Assembly: GCA_963848475.1 (NCBI GenBank)
Contig: CAWKDW010000015.1
Location: 70,095-134,094 of the forward strand
Source of the DNA: an uncultured Solirubrobacteraceae bacterium
GTDB lineage: Bacteria; Actinomycetota; Thermoleophilia; Solirubrobacterales; Solirubrobacteraceae
Length of the DNA stretch: 64,000 bases
Reading direction: 5' to 3'
This document shows positions 1 to 11,925 of this stretch, in pieces (the first letter of the stretch is position 1; each line of letters starts with the position of its first letter). The notes under the pieces were generated by a model, which had not been told where the DNA came from, did not search any database, and worked only from the letters and a program-made list of their open reading frames with translations. The position numbers and the translations under genes were made by a program.

Positions 1-665
1 AGACGCCCGCGACCGTGGCCGCGATGCAGGAGATCGCGACGTTACCGATGAGCGAGGTGGAGATCGCTCGGATCGAGTTCTCGACCACGGGACGCCAGCG
101 GGCGTCGGTCTCGGGCGGCGTGTAGCCGAAGAGCCAGTCGGTGATCATCGGCCGCTCCATCAGAAGGAAAAGCGCGAGGAACGTCGAGCGTGACGAGCTC
201 GAGCACGGAGCCGAAGACGTTGCCCGCGAGCCCCAGTAGCGCACTGGCCGCGTCCGGCAGGCCGGCCGCGAGCTCCTTGAGCAGGCTGGCCACGTGATCG
301 TCGGCGCCGGCGGTCGAGAGGATGTCCTGGAACCCGGGTTTGGAGGCGAGCTCGTTCCAGAGTGCGGGCAGCGATTGCACGAACTCGGTGATCTGGTCCC
401 ACATCGGACCCGCGGTCAACAGGATCAGCAGGAACACCGAGAGAAACAGCGCCGCAAACGAGAACAGCGACGCTCGGCCGCGGTTCCAGCCGCGGTTGAC
501 GAGCGCCGCGACCACCGGATCCAGGCCGAACGCAAGGACCGCCGCGAGCAGGATCGAGACCAGCGTGCCGAGCGAGACCAGCGCGAGCGCGATCAAGCCC
601 GCGACCGCGACGAGCGACAGAATCGTTCGCGCGGGGATCCTGATCTCGACGGGCTTGGGCGGCAT
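1..665 (-). CDS. AI-2E family transporter (partial, runs off window start; frameshift near 185)
   Basis: ORF 42..707: ILLAAVLAFGLDPVVAALVNRGWNRG...QITEFVQSLP, typical AI-2E N-terminus. The reading continues in another frame (FLALFLLMERPMITDWL). Confidence 0.8.
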
Positions 666-824
666 CCGTCGCGAAACTACACGACCAGGTGCGGCGAGCA
701 CGGTCACGACGATGCCCGCCGTCGACGACGCGGGCGGCGGATGAAGTCCTCGGCGGCGTCGACCGTGTCGTTACCCAAGATGACCAAGGGGTTTGGTGGC
801 AGACGGGCAGCGTGTCACGGGGCA

Positions 825-870
825 TCGCCCCTGCGGGGTGATGCAAGCTCACCCTGACGGCAGGAAATCT
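825..870 (+). promoter_or_regulatory. Island operator/promoter: TCGCCC-ctgcg-GGGTGA (825-841), half-site TCACCC at 849, -10-like AAATCT at 865
   Basis: Read directly; same geometry as the other island promoters. Confidence 0.75.
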
Positions 871-880
871 GACAGGGAGA

Positions 881-2248
881 ATGCCCACCAATCACTCCCT
901 CGTCGACAGCGTCCCGGCGCTGATGCCGCAGCTCCAGCGCGATCTCGCGCAGCTGGTGGCGATCCCTTCGATCTCGGTCGTGGGCTACCCAGAGCCGAGC
1001 CCGCCGCTCGTGCAGGCCTATGAGCTCGTCGTCGAGTGGTTGCGCGACGCGGGCGTGCAGAACCTCGTGGCGCTCGAGCTGCCCGGCACCGCGCCCGTCA
1101 TCACGGGCGAGATCCCCGCCCCCGAGGGGGCGCCGACCGTCCTGCTCTACAGCCACTACGACGTCGTCCCGGCAGGCGACGAGTCGCTGTGGTCCTCGCC
1201 GCCGTTTGAGCCCACCGAGCGCGACGGCGCGCTGTTCGGCCGCGGCAGCGCGGACTCCAAGGCGAACATCATCAGCCACATCGGCGCGTTGCGCGCATGG
1301 GACGGCAAGCCGCCGGTCGGGATCAAGATCGTGATCGAGGGCCAGGAGGAGGTCGGCGGCGGCTCGCTGACGACCTACCCGCTCGAGCACCCCGAGGCGT
1401 TCCAGTGCGACGCGATGGTGATCGGCGACATGGGCAGCGTCCGGCCGGGCGTGCCGACGCTCACGGTGGCCCTGCGCGGCATGGCGATGGTGACGATCGA
1501 GGTCACGACCCTCGCGGGGGCCAAGCACAGCGGCCAGTTCGGCGGCGCCGCCCCGGACGCGCTGATCACGCTCCTGCACGCCCTCTCGACGCTGCACGAT
1601 CCCAACGGGGACGTCGCGGTGGCCGGCCTGCGCCGTGAGGAGTGGGCGGGCGAGTCCTACAGCGACGACGAGTTCCGTGAGCTCGCCGAGGTCCTGCCCG
1701 GACTGCCGTTGTTCGGGACCGGCGGGCTCGGCTCGCGCGTCTGGTCGGGCCCGGCGATCACCGTCACCGGGATCGACGTGCCATCGGTCGAGAACGCGCT
1801 CAACGCCGTCTCCCCGCATGCGCGCGCGAAGATCAACCTGCGCGTGCATCCTGGTCAGGACGCGGCTGAGGCGCAGGCCGCGCTCGTCGCGCACCTCGAG
1901 GCGCTGCGACCGTTCGGGATCGCGCTCACGGTTCACGCGGAGGAGATCGGCAACGGCTTCTCCGCCGACACGTCCGGGCCGGGCTACGACGCGGCCCGCG
2001 CGGCGATGACCGCCGCGTGGGGGCGCGATTCGGTGCTCGCGGCCGGCGGTGGCTCGATCCCGCTGGTCAGTGCGCTGTCCGGGGCCGTCCCGGGCGCCGA
2101 GATCTTCCTCGTCGGCGCGACCGACGGCTACGCGAACATCCACGCGCCCGACGAACGCGTGCTGCTCGACGAGCTCGAGCACGCGGTCGCCTTCGAGGCC
2201 GCGTTCTTCGGCGAGCTCGCCGCGCAGTGGGCGGCCAAGAATGGCTGA
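881..2248 (+). CDS. M20/M25/M40 family metallopeptidase (dipeptidase-like)
   Basis: Motifs YSHYDVVP, GRGSADSK, EGQEE, NIHAPDE; RBS GGGAG upstream. Confidence 0.92.
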   Translation: MPTNHSLVDSVPALMPQLQRDLAQLVAIPSISVVGYPEPSPPLVQAYELVVEWLRDAGVQNLVALELPGTAPVITGEIPAPEGAPTVLLYSHYDVVPAGDESLWSSPPFEPTERDGALFGRGSADSKANIISHIGALRAWDGKPPVGIKIVIEGQEEVGGGSLTTYPLEHPEAFQCDAMVIGDMGSVRPGVPTLTVALRGMAMVTIEVTTLAGAKHSGQFGGAAPDALITLLHALSTLHDPNGDVAVAGLRREEWAGESYSDDEFRELAEVLPGLPLFGTGGLGSRVWSGPAITVTGIDVPSVENALNAVSPHARAKINLRVHPGQDAAEAQAALVAHLEALRPFGIALTVHAEEIGNGFSADTSGPGYDAARAAMTAAWGRDSVLAAGGGSIPLVSALSGAVPGAEIFLVGATDGYANIHAPDERVLLDELEHAVAFEAAFFGELAAQWAAKNG

Positions 2249-3903
2249 CGCCGCCGCTCCGGCGCCCGCCGCCGACCACACGTTCACGCAGCGGATGCTC
2301 GACGGCATCGAGCGCCTCGGCAACCGGATGCCGGACCCGGCGATCCTGTTCGTCTGGCTCTGCATCGGCGTGATCGTGCTCTCGCAGATCCTCTCGTGGA
2401 TGGACATCAAGGTCACCTACCAGGTGGTGTCGCCGCCGCCGGTGACGGCCGAGGAGACGTATTACGGCGGCTCGACCGTCCCGGTCTACATCACGCCGAG
2501 CGAGCAGGAGCCCGCCGACGTCTACGAGGTCCGCACCGCGACGACCGAGATCCGCGGGTTGCTGACCGTCGACGGCGTCCGCTTCCTGTTCACGTCGTTC
2601 GTCGACAACTTCCGCAACTTCGCCGCGGTCGTGATCATCCTCGTGGTGATGATCGGCGTCGGCGTGGCCGAGGCCGCCGGGCTGATCGGGGCGCTGATCC
2701 GCAGGCTCGTCGGCGTGTCCTCGGCCGGCTCGCTGACGTTCATCATCGTGCTGCTCGGCGTCATCTCGAGCATCGCCTCCGATGCCGGCTACCTGGTGCT
2801 GATTCCGCTCGGGGCCGTCGCGTTCAAGAGCGTGGGCCGAAATCCGCTCGCCGGGATCGCGGCCGCCTTCGCGGGCGTCGCGGCGGGCTTCGGCGTCAAC
2901 TTCCTGATCACGCCGCTGGACGGTGTGCTGACGGAGATCACCAACGACGCGTCCGCGCTGGTCGACCCGAACGCCGAGATCGACCTCGCGGCGAACCTGT
3001 ACTTCGGCATCGTCTCGGCGCTGTTCGTCAGCGTCGTGCTGACGATCATCACGGCGCGGCTCGTCGAGGGACGGATCGGTCCGTACGACCCCGCCGAGGC
3101 CGGCGAGGTGCTCGAAGAGGCCGTCGACGAGGACGCCGGCGACGAGGCGCGCGGCCTGCGCTACACGCTGTGGGCGACGCTCGCGGCGATCGTCGTGATC
3201 GGGCTGCTGACGTTCATCCCGGGCGCTCCGCTGCAGGACCCGGAGACCGGCCGTGTGATCGGGGACTCGCCGTTCATGGACAGCCTGATCGTGATCATCG
3301 CGATCATCTTCTTCGTCGCGGGCCTCGCCTACGGCCACGGCGCGGGGACGCTGAAGGGCAGCACCGCGGTGCTCGGCGTCGATCACCAAGTCCTGGGCCG
3401 GGCTCGCGAGCCTGCTGTTCCTGTTCCTGCTGATCGCGCAGTTCATCGCGTACTTCAACTTCTCCAACATGGCGCAGGTCGCCGCCGTGAAACTCGGCGA
3501 TCAACTCGAGCAGGCCAACATCGGCGCCGTCTGGCTGCTGATCGGCTTCATCCTCGTGACGATGGTCGTCGACCTGATCATGCCCGCGGCGATCGCGAAG
3601 TGGGCGATCCTGGCGCCGATCTTCATCCCGCTGCTGATCCGCCTCGACGTGACGCCGCAGACCGTGCTGGCGGCCTACCGCGTCGGCGACTCGCCGCTGA
3701 ACGTGGTCACGCCGCTGATGGCCTACTTCCCGCTGATCGTCGTGTTCGTCCAGCGCTATCAGAAGAGTGCGGGCATCGGCACGGTGGTCGCGCTGATGCT
3801 GCCGTACGTGGTGATCCTCTCGATCTTCTGGATCGCGCTCTTCGTCGCCTGGTACCTGATCGGGATCCCGCTCGGGCCGGGTTCGCCGGTCCATCCCGGA
3901 TAG
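2241..3903 (+). CDS. abgT: AbgT family (p-aminobenzoyl-glutamate) transporter; frameshift near 3380
   Basis: IERLGNRMPDPAILF N-terminus; C-terminal half in ORF 3469..3903 with AAYRVGDSPLNVVTPLMAY and GIGTVVALMLPY. Confidence 0.88.
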
Positions 3904-3927
3904 TCACGCCCGCGGCGCGCGCGCCTG

Positions 3928-5494
3928 ATGGACGACAGCACGATCACGTTCGTCGTCCTCGGCGCCGTGGTGGCGCTGTTCGTGTGGGACCGCTTCCCCG
4001 TGGCGATCGTCGCCATCGGCGTCGCGCTCTCGCTGTGGGCCACCGGCGTGCTGGACCTCGAGGACGCGCTGGCCGGCTTCGGCGACCCGACGGTGATCTT
4101 CATCGCCTCGCTGTTCGTCGTCAGCGAGGCGCTCGACGCCTCCGGCGTGACGGCCTGGGTCGGCCAGGAGCTGGTCGCGCCACGTGGGGGAGAGCCGCAC
4201 GCGGCTGATCGTCTACACGATGGCGCTGGTCGCGCTGCTGACGGCGCTGATCAACGTCAACGGCGCGGTCGCGGCGCTGGTGCCGGTCGCGGTCGTGATG
4301 GCGGTGCGGACCGGCCGCTCGCCGTCGCAGCTGCTGCTGCCACTCGCCTTCGGCGCGCACGCCGGGTCGCTGCTCGCGCTCACCGGCACACCGGTCAACG
4401 TGATCGTCTCCGACGCGGCCGACGACGCCGGCGTGGGCGGCTTCGGGTTCCTCGAGTTCGCGCTGGTCGGCGTCCCGCTCACGGTCGGCGTGATCGCGAT
4501 CGTCGTGCTCTTCGGCGAGCGTCTGCTGCCGGAGCGCCATCCGCGCTCGATCGCGCCCGACTTCAGCGCCCACGCGCGCACGCTGATCGAGCAGTACGAG
4601 CTCGACCATCCGGAGGCGACGCTGATGACGCGGCGCTCGGGCGTCGCCGAGGTCGTGATCCCGCCGCGCTCGGAGCTGATCGGCGACACCGTGTTCCCGG
4701 GGATGATCACCGAGAGCGGCGACCTCGTCGATCCTCGCCGTGCAGCGCCGCGGGCGACGACGTCGCCCCGGGCGAGACGGTCCTGGCCGAGGGCGACACG
4801 CTGCTGCTGCAGGGCACCTGGGCGGCGCTGGACGAGAACCTCGACGACCCGGCGTGCTCGTCGTCGACCGGCCGGAGCTCGTCCGCCGCCAGGCCGTGCC
4901 GCTCGGTGCCGGCGCCAAGCGCGCGCTGGTCGTCCTCGCCGGCATGGTCGTCGCGCTCGCCACCGGCGTCGTGCCTCCGGCGGTCGCCGGCCTGGTCGCC
5001 GCGTGCGCGATGATCCTGCTGGGCGTGCTCAGCGTCGAGCAGGCCCAGCGCGGGATCTCGTGGACGACCGTGGTCCTGGTCGGCGGCATGATCTCGCTCT
5101 CGACCGCGATGGTCCCAGCGGCGCCGCCGAGCAGCTCGCCGACCGGCTGGTCTCGATCGTCGGCGACGCCGGCCCGCACGCGCTGCTGCTCGGGCTCTTC
5201 CTGCTCACCGCGGTGCTCGGGCAGCTGATCTCCAACATGGCGACCGCGCTGATCGTGATCCCGATCGCGATCTCCGCCGCCGCCGAGATGGACATCTCCG
5301 CCAAGCCGGTGCTGATGGCCGTCACCGTGTCGGCGGCGGCCTCGTTCTTGACGCCGGTCGCCACCCCGGCGAACCTGATGGTGATGGGGCCGGGCGGCTA
5401 CCGCTTCAGCGACTACTGGAAGCTCGGGCTGCCGATGCTCGCGCTCTTCGGCGTCGTGGCCGTGCTGCTCGTCCCCGTCTTCTGGTCGTTTTGA
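3928..5494 (+). CDS. SLC13/CitMHS-type permease with TrkA-C domain; several frameshifts (about 4180, 4730, 4850, 5110)
   Basis: GFGDPTVIFIASLFVVSEAL, GTPVNVIVS, LISNMATA, TPVATPANLMVMGPGGYRFSDYWKLG spread over three frames. Confidence 0.85.
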
Positions 5495-7819
5495 GCGGGC
5501 CGCAGCTCCGTCGTGGGCGGCGCGTGTTCGCCGCGCCGATCGATCAGCCGAGGGTGCGGCGGGCGACCGACGTCGTGCTGCTCGTCCCAGCCGTCATCGT
5601 CCTGGCGATCGCGATCGCGTCCTACCCGCCGGCGCGGCTGGAACTGGCGCTGGAGCGCTTCCTCGACGCGCTCCCGGGCTGGCTGGACCCGGTCTGGGAG
5701 CTGCTCGCGAACGCGCTCTGGCTGTGGGCGGCCGTGCTCGTGATCGCCGCACTCGCACGCCGCCGCTACGTCGTCGTCGGCCAGGCGCTGGCCTCGCTCG
5801 TGCTCGCCGTGCTGGCGGCGGCCTGCGCCACACGACTGGCCGTCGGCAGCTGGCCGGGCCTGCTCGGTGACTCGCGCTTCCCGACGCTGTGGGTCGCGGA
5901 GGCGACAGCGGTGCTGGTGGCCGTCTCGCCGCATCTCGTCCAGCCGCTGCAGGCGCTCGGGCGCCGCGTGCTCGTGCTCGGCGTGCTCGGAGCGGCCGTC
6001 ACGACCGGCGGCACGCCGGGCGGCGTCGTCGCGGCGCTGTCGATCGCCGTCGCGGTCGCGGCGGCGCTGCGGCTGGCATGGGGGACCTCGGCCGGGCGGC
6101 CGGGGCTCGACGACGTCGCCCTCGGGCTGGCGGAGCTCGGGATCGAAGCGACCGATCTCGATGACGCCGGGCGCCACGTCGCCGGCGTCTTCCACGTCGA
6201 CGGGCGCGATCGCGAGGGGCGGCCGCTGCTGATCAAGGTCTACGGCCGCGACGCCTACGACAACCAGCTGCTCGCGCGGCTGTGGCGAACCGTCTGGTAC
6301 CGCCGGCCGGGCCCGACCGCGGCGCTCGGCCAACTCGAGGCGGCCGAGCACGAGGCGCTCGTGACGCTGCTCGCGGCCCGCGGCGGCGTGCCGACGCGCG
6401 AGGTCGAGACAGCGGGCGAGACCCTCGTGCATGACGCGCTGCTCGTCCTCCGTGGCGAGGTCGAACCGCTCGGCGCCGAGGAGCTGGACGGGGCCTGGGC
6501 TGCGCTCGCCCGCCTCGGCGAGCTGCGGATCGCGCACCAGCAGATCGAGCTCTCGACCGTGGTCAGCGTCGCCGGCCGCGCGGGCTTCGTGGACTTCGGC
6601 GTGGCCGCGGTCGGCCCGGACGCGCACCAGCTCGGCACCGACCGTGCCCAGTTGCTCGTGACGACGGCCGCGCTCGCGGGCACCGAGCGGGCGCTGGACG
6701 CGGCGATCGGCGCGCTCGGGAGCGGACGGCGTCGTGAGCCTGCTCCCGTATCTGCAGACGGCGGCCTTCTCGCCTTCGCTGCGGCGCTCGCTGAAGGCGG
6801 CCGACATCGACATCGACGATCTGCGCAAGCTCGCGGCGGCACGCGCCGGCGTCGAGCCGCCCGAGCTCGTGAAGCTGCGCCGGGTCTCGATCTGGTCGGT
6901 GGTGCAGATCGGGCTGCTGGTGTTCGCCACCACGTCGATCATCACGATCGCCACGTCGGTCGACTGGGAGCAGGTCGGCTCGACGCTCGTGCACGCCTCG
7001 TGGGGCTGGCTGGCGGCCGCGCTCGTGATCGGCCAGTTCGCGCGCATCGGGCAGGCGGCCGCGACGCTGGGAACGGTGCCGGTCCGGCTGCCGTTCGGAC
7101 CCGTCTACACGCTGCAGCTCGCCATGGGCTACATGAACATCGCGCTGCCATCCAGCGTCGGGCGGATGGCGGTCAGCGTCCGCTTCTTCCAGCTCCAGGG
7201 CCTCAGCGTCACCGTCTCGGTCGCCTCCGGGGTGGTCGACGCGGTCACGACCGCGGTCGTGCAGGGGGCGATGCTGCTGCTGCTGCTGATCTTCTCCGAG
7301 GCGACGCTCGAGCTCGACCTCGAACTGCCGACGGGCGGGATGCAGAGCCTGCTCTGGATCCTGCTCGGCGTGCTCGCGGTCACGATCGCGATCGGCTTCG
7401 TCGGGCCGGTCCGGAGAGCGATCACGACGCGCGTGCGCGCCTGGTGGCCGGACGTGGCCGCCGCCCTGTCGGTGCTGCGCGCCAAGCACAAGCTCGCGAT
7501 GCTCGTGCTCGGCAACGTCGCCGCCGAGTTCGTCCTGGCGATCGCGCTCGGCATGGTCGCGCGGGCGCTCGGCTACCACGTCTCGCTGGCCGACCTGCTG
7601 GTGATCCAGGTCAGCGTCTCGCTGCTGGCCGGCATCATCCCCGTGCCGGGCGGCATCGGCGTGGCCGAGCTCGGCATCAGCGTCGGCCTCGCCGCCGCCG
7701 GCCTGACGCCCGAGGCCGCGCTCGCGACCGCGCTGGCGTTCCGGATCGCCACCTTCTACCTGCCGCCGCTATGGGGCTTCTTCGCGCTGCACTGGCTGCA
7801 GCGCAATCGGCTGCTCTAG
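5491..7819 (+). CDS. Lysylphosphatidylglycerol-synthase TM (flippase-like) domain protein with central kinase-like region; frameshift near 6725
   Basis: N-terminal TM block, LLIKVYGRD...FVDFG kinase-like core, C-terminal PVPGGIGVAE...FRIATFYLPPLWG motif in ORF 6734..7819. Confidence 0.82.
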
Positions 7820-7823
7820 GACA

Positions 7824-8949
7824 CTAGACGGGGTAGCGCAGGATCGCGGCGACCGTGCCCTCCAGCGGGATGTCGGCTCGCCGCAGTGCCAGCACGCGGC
7901 CGCCGGAGAGCAGCACGCGGCGGGCGATCTCGTCGATCACGCCGTAGTTGACGGCGTCGTCGGCCGCGTCGAACGTCACGACGCCGCTGTCGGGGTCGAC
8001 GAAACCGGGCACGACCTCGTCGATATCGGCCATCAGCGTGTCGACGGCGCCGAAGGTCGCCGCACGCGCGACGTCGGTCAGGTCGGTCACGCCGCGGCCC
8101 TGCGTCGCACGGGTCTCGAAGCGGTCGCGGAGCTCCGCGAGCTCGGCCGCATAGAGCGAATCGAGAATCGGGCGCGCCGCGTCGGCGAGCTCGGCGGCTG
8201 ACGCGTGCTCCGGGTTGCCCGCGATCGACGTCGGAGGCGAGGCTGGGGTAGCCGTTGACGGAGCGGTAGATCGCGTCCAGCGGCTCCGCCGCGGCGAGGA
8301 TCAGCGGCAGTCCGAGCCCCGCCAGCACCGGACTCAGCGCACGGTCGACCAGCCGCGCGTACTGGCGCATCCTGACCTTCTGGCCCTCTGAGCCCTGGAT
8401 CCGCCCGGTCGCCGAGCGATCGGAGATCGATGCCTTGCCGACGGCGGTCGCGATGTCGGCCGGGAGATCGGCGACGTTCACCTCATGGGCCGGGGCGTCA
8501 CTGGCGAGCTCGATCAGCCGGACGGAGCCCTGCGCGAGCGCGAGGACGAACGCGGCCTGCGGGAAGGTCACCGAGCGCAGCAGCGGCTTGACGTGGAAAC
8601 GGTCAGAGACTTCGACCATGCTCGCGAGCTGGTTCGGCAACCGGAACGTGCGCACCGAGTCCGGAGTGGCGAACACCGCGAGGCTGGTCGCGAGGTGGGC
8701 CCAGAACTCCCCGTCGTCGGTGAGGTCGTCGAGGTGCTCCTTGACCGCCTCCGCCACACCGCGGCCGGCGTCGGCCGCATCGAGCTGGCGCACCGCTTCC
8801 GCCGCAAGGTTCTTGAACTCGATCCGGGCCGCGTCCGCGTCCTGCGACAACGGGCTCGTCGGCAGGTAGATCGAGACGGACGCAGACCCGCGCGCATCCA
8901 GCAGCGCGGCGGTCTGTTCCTGCGTCGGGATGTCGATATGCAGGGCCAT
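7824..8949 (-). CDS. Bacterial archaeo-eukaryotic release factor (baeRF, family 11/3-like) protein; frameshift near 8230
   Basis: MALHIDIPT...SVSIYLPTSP...VSDRFHVKPLLRSVTFP; C-terminus TDLTDVARAATFGAVDTL...AAILRYPV in ORF 7824..8090. Confidence 0.78.
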
Positions 8950-8955
8950 GCGCCG

Positions 8956-9001
8956 ATGATGCCCGCGAGCCGGGTGACGGCGCATCGTCCGCACGGGGTG
9001 A
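8956..9001 (-). promoter_or_regulatory. Island operator/promoter for baeRF gene: TCGTCC-gcacg-GGGTGA (8985-9001), half-site GGGTGA at 8972, -10 CATCAT (8961-8956), leaderless ATG at 8949
   Basis: Read directly. Confidence 0.78.
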
Positions 9002-9131
9002 AGGGCCTTCGCCGTCTTCGCGTACCTGACCGTGATGAAGCAGACCCACCCGGAGTTGCCGGCGCGGGGGCCGCGGCGCGGCGAGTCGGCCGAGCAGCCG
9101 CTCGCGCCCAGCTGATATCAAGCGGCCGAGC

Positions 9132-11182
9132 ATGCCCGTACGCCTGCTCGGCCGCCTCACGCTGGTCCTCGCGCTCGACGCGCTCGCGCTGCTCGTCCTC
9201 AGCGCGCTGCTGCGCGGCTTCACGCTCGACGGGCCGGCCGCCGCGCTCGGCCTCGCGCTCGCGCTCGGCGTCGCCAACGCGATCGTCTGGCCGGTGCTGA
9301 TCCGCATCGCGCTGCCGTTCACGGTCGCGACGCTCGGCCTGGGGGCGCTCGCGCTCAACGCCGCGATCCTCGTCGGCGCCGCGGCGCTGATCAGCCAGGT
9401 GCAGATCGACGGGCTGCTCGAGGCGGCTCGCCGTGGTGCTCGGGCTGACGCTGCTGACGACGCTCGTCGGCGGCGTGCTCGCGCTCGATCGCGGTGACCT
9501 CTGGTACCGCCACATCGTCCGCCGTCAGCTGCGCCGCTCGAAGCTGGCCGAGCGCACCGACGTCCCCGGCGTCGTCTTCCTCGAGATCGACGGCCTTTCC
9601 CGCGACGTGCTGCGCCGTGCCCTGCGCGACGGCAACGCCCCGGTGCTCGCGCGCTGGATCCACGACGACGGCTTCCGGCTTGAGATGTGGGAGACCGACT
9701 GGTCTTCGCAGACGGGGGCCTGCCAGGCGGGCCTCCTGCACGGCTCCAACGACGACATGCCGGCGTTCCGCTGGTGGGAGAAGGACACGGGCCGCGCGAT
9801 CGTCACCAACCATCCGCGCGACGCGGAGGAGATCGAGCGCCGCCGCTCCGACGGCCGCGGCCTGCTCCATGCCGACGGCGCCAGCCGCGCGAACATCCTC
9901 TCCGGCGACGCGCCGCACACGATGCTGACCATGAGCACCGTGCTCGACCGCGACCGGCCGGGCCGGCTGGGGCAGGACTACTTCGCGTACTTCGCCAGCC
10001 CGTACGGCGTCGCGCGCACCGCGCTGCGGGTCGTCGGCGAGGTCTTCATCGAGCGCTGGTCGGCGCTGCAGCAGGTGCGCCGGGACGTGCGCCCGCGGAT
10101 CAGACGCGACTGGAAGTACGCGCTCGTGCGCTCCTACGCCACCGTCATCCAGCTCGACCTCCAGGTCGCGGCGGTGACCGCCGACGTGCTGGCCGGCCGC
10201 CCGGTGATCTACACGACCTTCCTGGGCTACGACGAGGTCGCCCACCACTCCGGGATCGAGCGCCCGGACACGCTCGCGGTGCTGCGCAAGGTCGATCAGG
10301 CGATCGACCGGATCGCCGCCGCGGTCGTGCATGCACCGCGGCCGTACAAGCTCGTCGTGCTCTCCGATCACGGCCAGAGCCAGGGCGCGACGTTCCACCA
10401 GCGCTACGGCGAGAAGCTCGAGGACGTCGTCGGCCGCTACGCCGGCGGCGAGGTCCGCGCCGAGGACGCGCACAGCGACGAAGGGCTCGCCTCCTTCAAC
10501 GCGGGCGTCAGCCAGGTCGCCGCGCGCGACGACGCGCTCGGCCACGCGGTCCGCACGGCCGCCGGGAAGCGGCTCGAGGAGGAACCCGACGAGAGCATCC
10601 CCGAGGTCTCGGTGATGGCCTCCGGCAACCTCGGGCTGATCTCGTTCCCGCGCGAGCCGGGCCGCGTGACGCTGGAGCAGCTCGAGGCGCGCCGCCCCGG
10701 GCTGCTGGACGCGCTGCGCGACCCATCCGGGGATCGCGTTCGTGCTCGTGCGCTCCGAGGCGCTCGGCCCGGTCGTGCTCGGGCCCGCAGGCCGCCGCTC
10801 GCTGCGCGACGACGCGGTCGAGGGCGTCGACCCGCTGACCCCGTTCGGGCCCTATGCCGCCGACCACGTGCGGATGACCGACGGCTTCGCGCACTGCCCC
10901 GACATCGTCGTCAACGGCCACTACTGGGACGAGCTCGAGGAGGTCGCGGCCTTCGAGGAGCTCGTCGGCTCCCACGGCGGCATGGGCGGAGGCCAGGCGC
11001 ACCCGTTCGTGCTGCACCCGCCTGAACTGTCATGGCCTGAGGGCGACGTGATCGGCGCCGCGACCGTGCACCACATCCTGCGCGGTTGGCTCGCCGAGCT
11101 GGGCCAGGACGCCTACAGCGTCAGCGAGTCACCGGGGGCGAGCATCTCCACGCGCGTCGACGGCGCCAGCTCGCCCATGTGA
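9132..11182 (+). CDS. DUF360/phage-holin-4-like membrane domain fused to alkaline phosphatase superfamily (type I phosphodiesterase) domain; frameshifts near 9430 and 10725
   Basis: LGVANAIVWPVLIRIALPFTVATLG holin-4-like segment; FLEIDGL, SSQTGACQ, YDEVAHHSG, VLSDHGQ, FEELVGSHGG phosphodiesterase motifs. Confidence 0.82.
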
Positions 11183-11847
11183 CGCAGGAACTCACGCGGC
11201 GGCGCGATCAGCAGCTCGCCGCGGCGGACGCCGTACGGGAGGAAGGTTCCCCAGTGGATCGGGATCGCGATCCGCGGCTGCACGAGCGCGATCGCCCGAG
11301 CCGCGCCCTCGGGGTCGAGGTGACCGGGGCCGAGCGAAGGGCCCCAGCCCCAGATCGGGATCAGCGCGACCTCGACCTCGCCGCACAGGTCGCGCATGCC
11401 GTCATTGAGGTCGGTGTCGCCGGCGAACCAGACGCCGTCGACGACGAACCCGAGCGTGTCGTGATGCGGCGACGCGGGCCCCGGGCGCCGCCGGCCGTCG
11501 TGCCACGCCTCGACCACGTGGATCGGGGCGCCGGCGATCTCCAGCGTCTCGCCGACGCGGACCTCGCTCACCGTCCCGAACGGGATGCCGGCGAGGAACT
11601 TCGTCGCGCCGGTCGGCAACAGCGCCGTCGTCTTGGGCGAGACGAGCCGCCGCAGCGAGGGCTTGTCGAAATGATCGTGGTGCAGATGTGACAGCAGCAC
11701 GCCGTCGACGATGCCGGGATCGGCCGCGGGCGGGACCTGGCGGCGCAGATGCGCGACGCGCCCCCGCAACACGGGATCGGTGATCAGCCGGGCGCCGCCC
11801 GCGGTCTCGAGCAGGACCGTCGCGTGGCCGACCCAGGTGATCTTCAT
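11113..11847 (-). CDS. MBL-fold metallo-hydrolase (UlaG/NAPE-PLD-like)
   Basis: ITWVGHAT, LSHLHHDHFD, FAGDT, IPIHWGTF; alternative GTG start at 11871. Confidence 0.9.
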   Translation of the reverse strand: MKITWVGHATVLLETAGGARLITDPVLRGRVAHLRRQVPPAADPGIVDGVLLSHLHHDHFDKPSLRRLVSPKTTALLPTGATKFLAGIPFGTVSEVRVGETLEIAGAPIHVVEAWHDGRRRPGPASPHHDTLGFVVDGVWFAGDTDLNDGMRDLCGEVEVALIPIWGWGPSLGPGHLDPEGAARAIALVQPRIAIPIHWGTFLPYGVRRGELLIAPPREFLRHMGELAPSTRVEMLAPGDSLTL

Positions 11848-11925
11848 CCCGCTCGAACGAGGCTTGCTCACCCCGCGTCTCCGGAGACTCGGGTCATGTC
11901 AGTGAACGCGATCGGCATCGGGCGC

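Noticed and set aside
728-744. Operator upstream of the AI-2E gene
   Set aside because: Only one half-site (GGATGA) matches. A -10-like GACCGT lies at +39, but the evidence is too weak to count.
3370-4740. Frameshifts clustering at GATC as a methylation signature or programmed frameshifting
   Set aside because: Two cases abut GATC, but many others do not, and I saw no slippery heptamers.
9132-9497. Phage holin-like domain as evidence of a prophage
   Set aside because: It is fused to a phosphodiesterase, and no structural, terminase or integrase genes are nearby.
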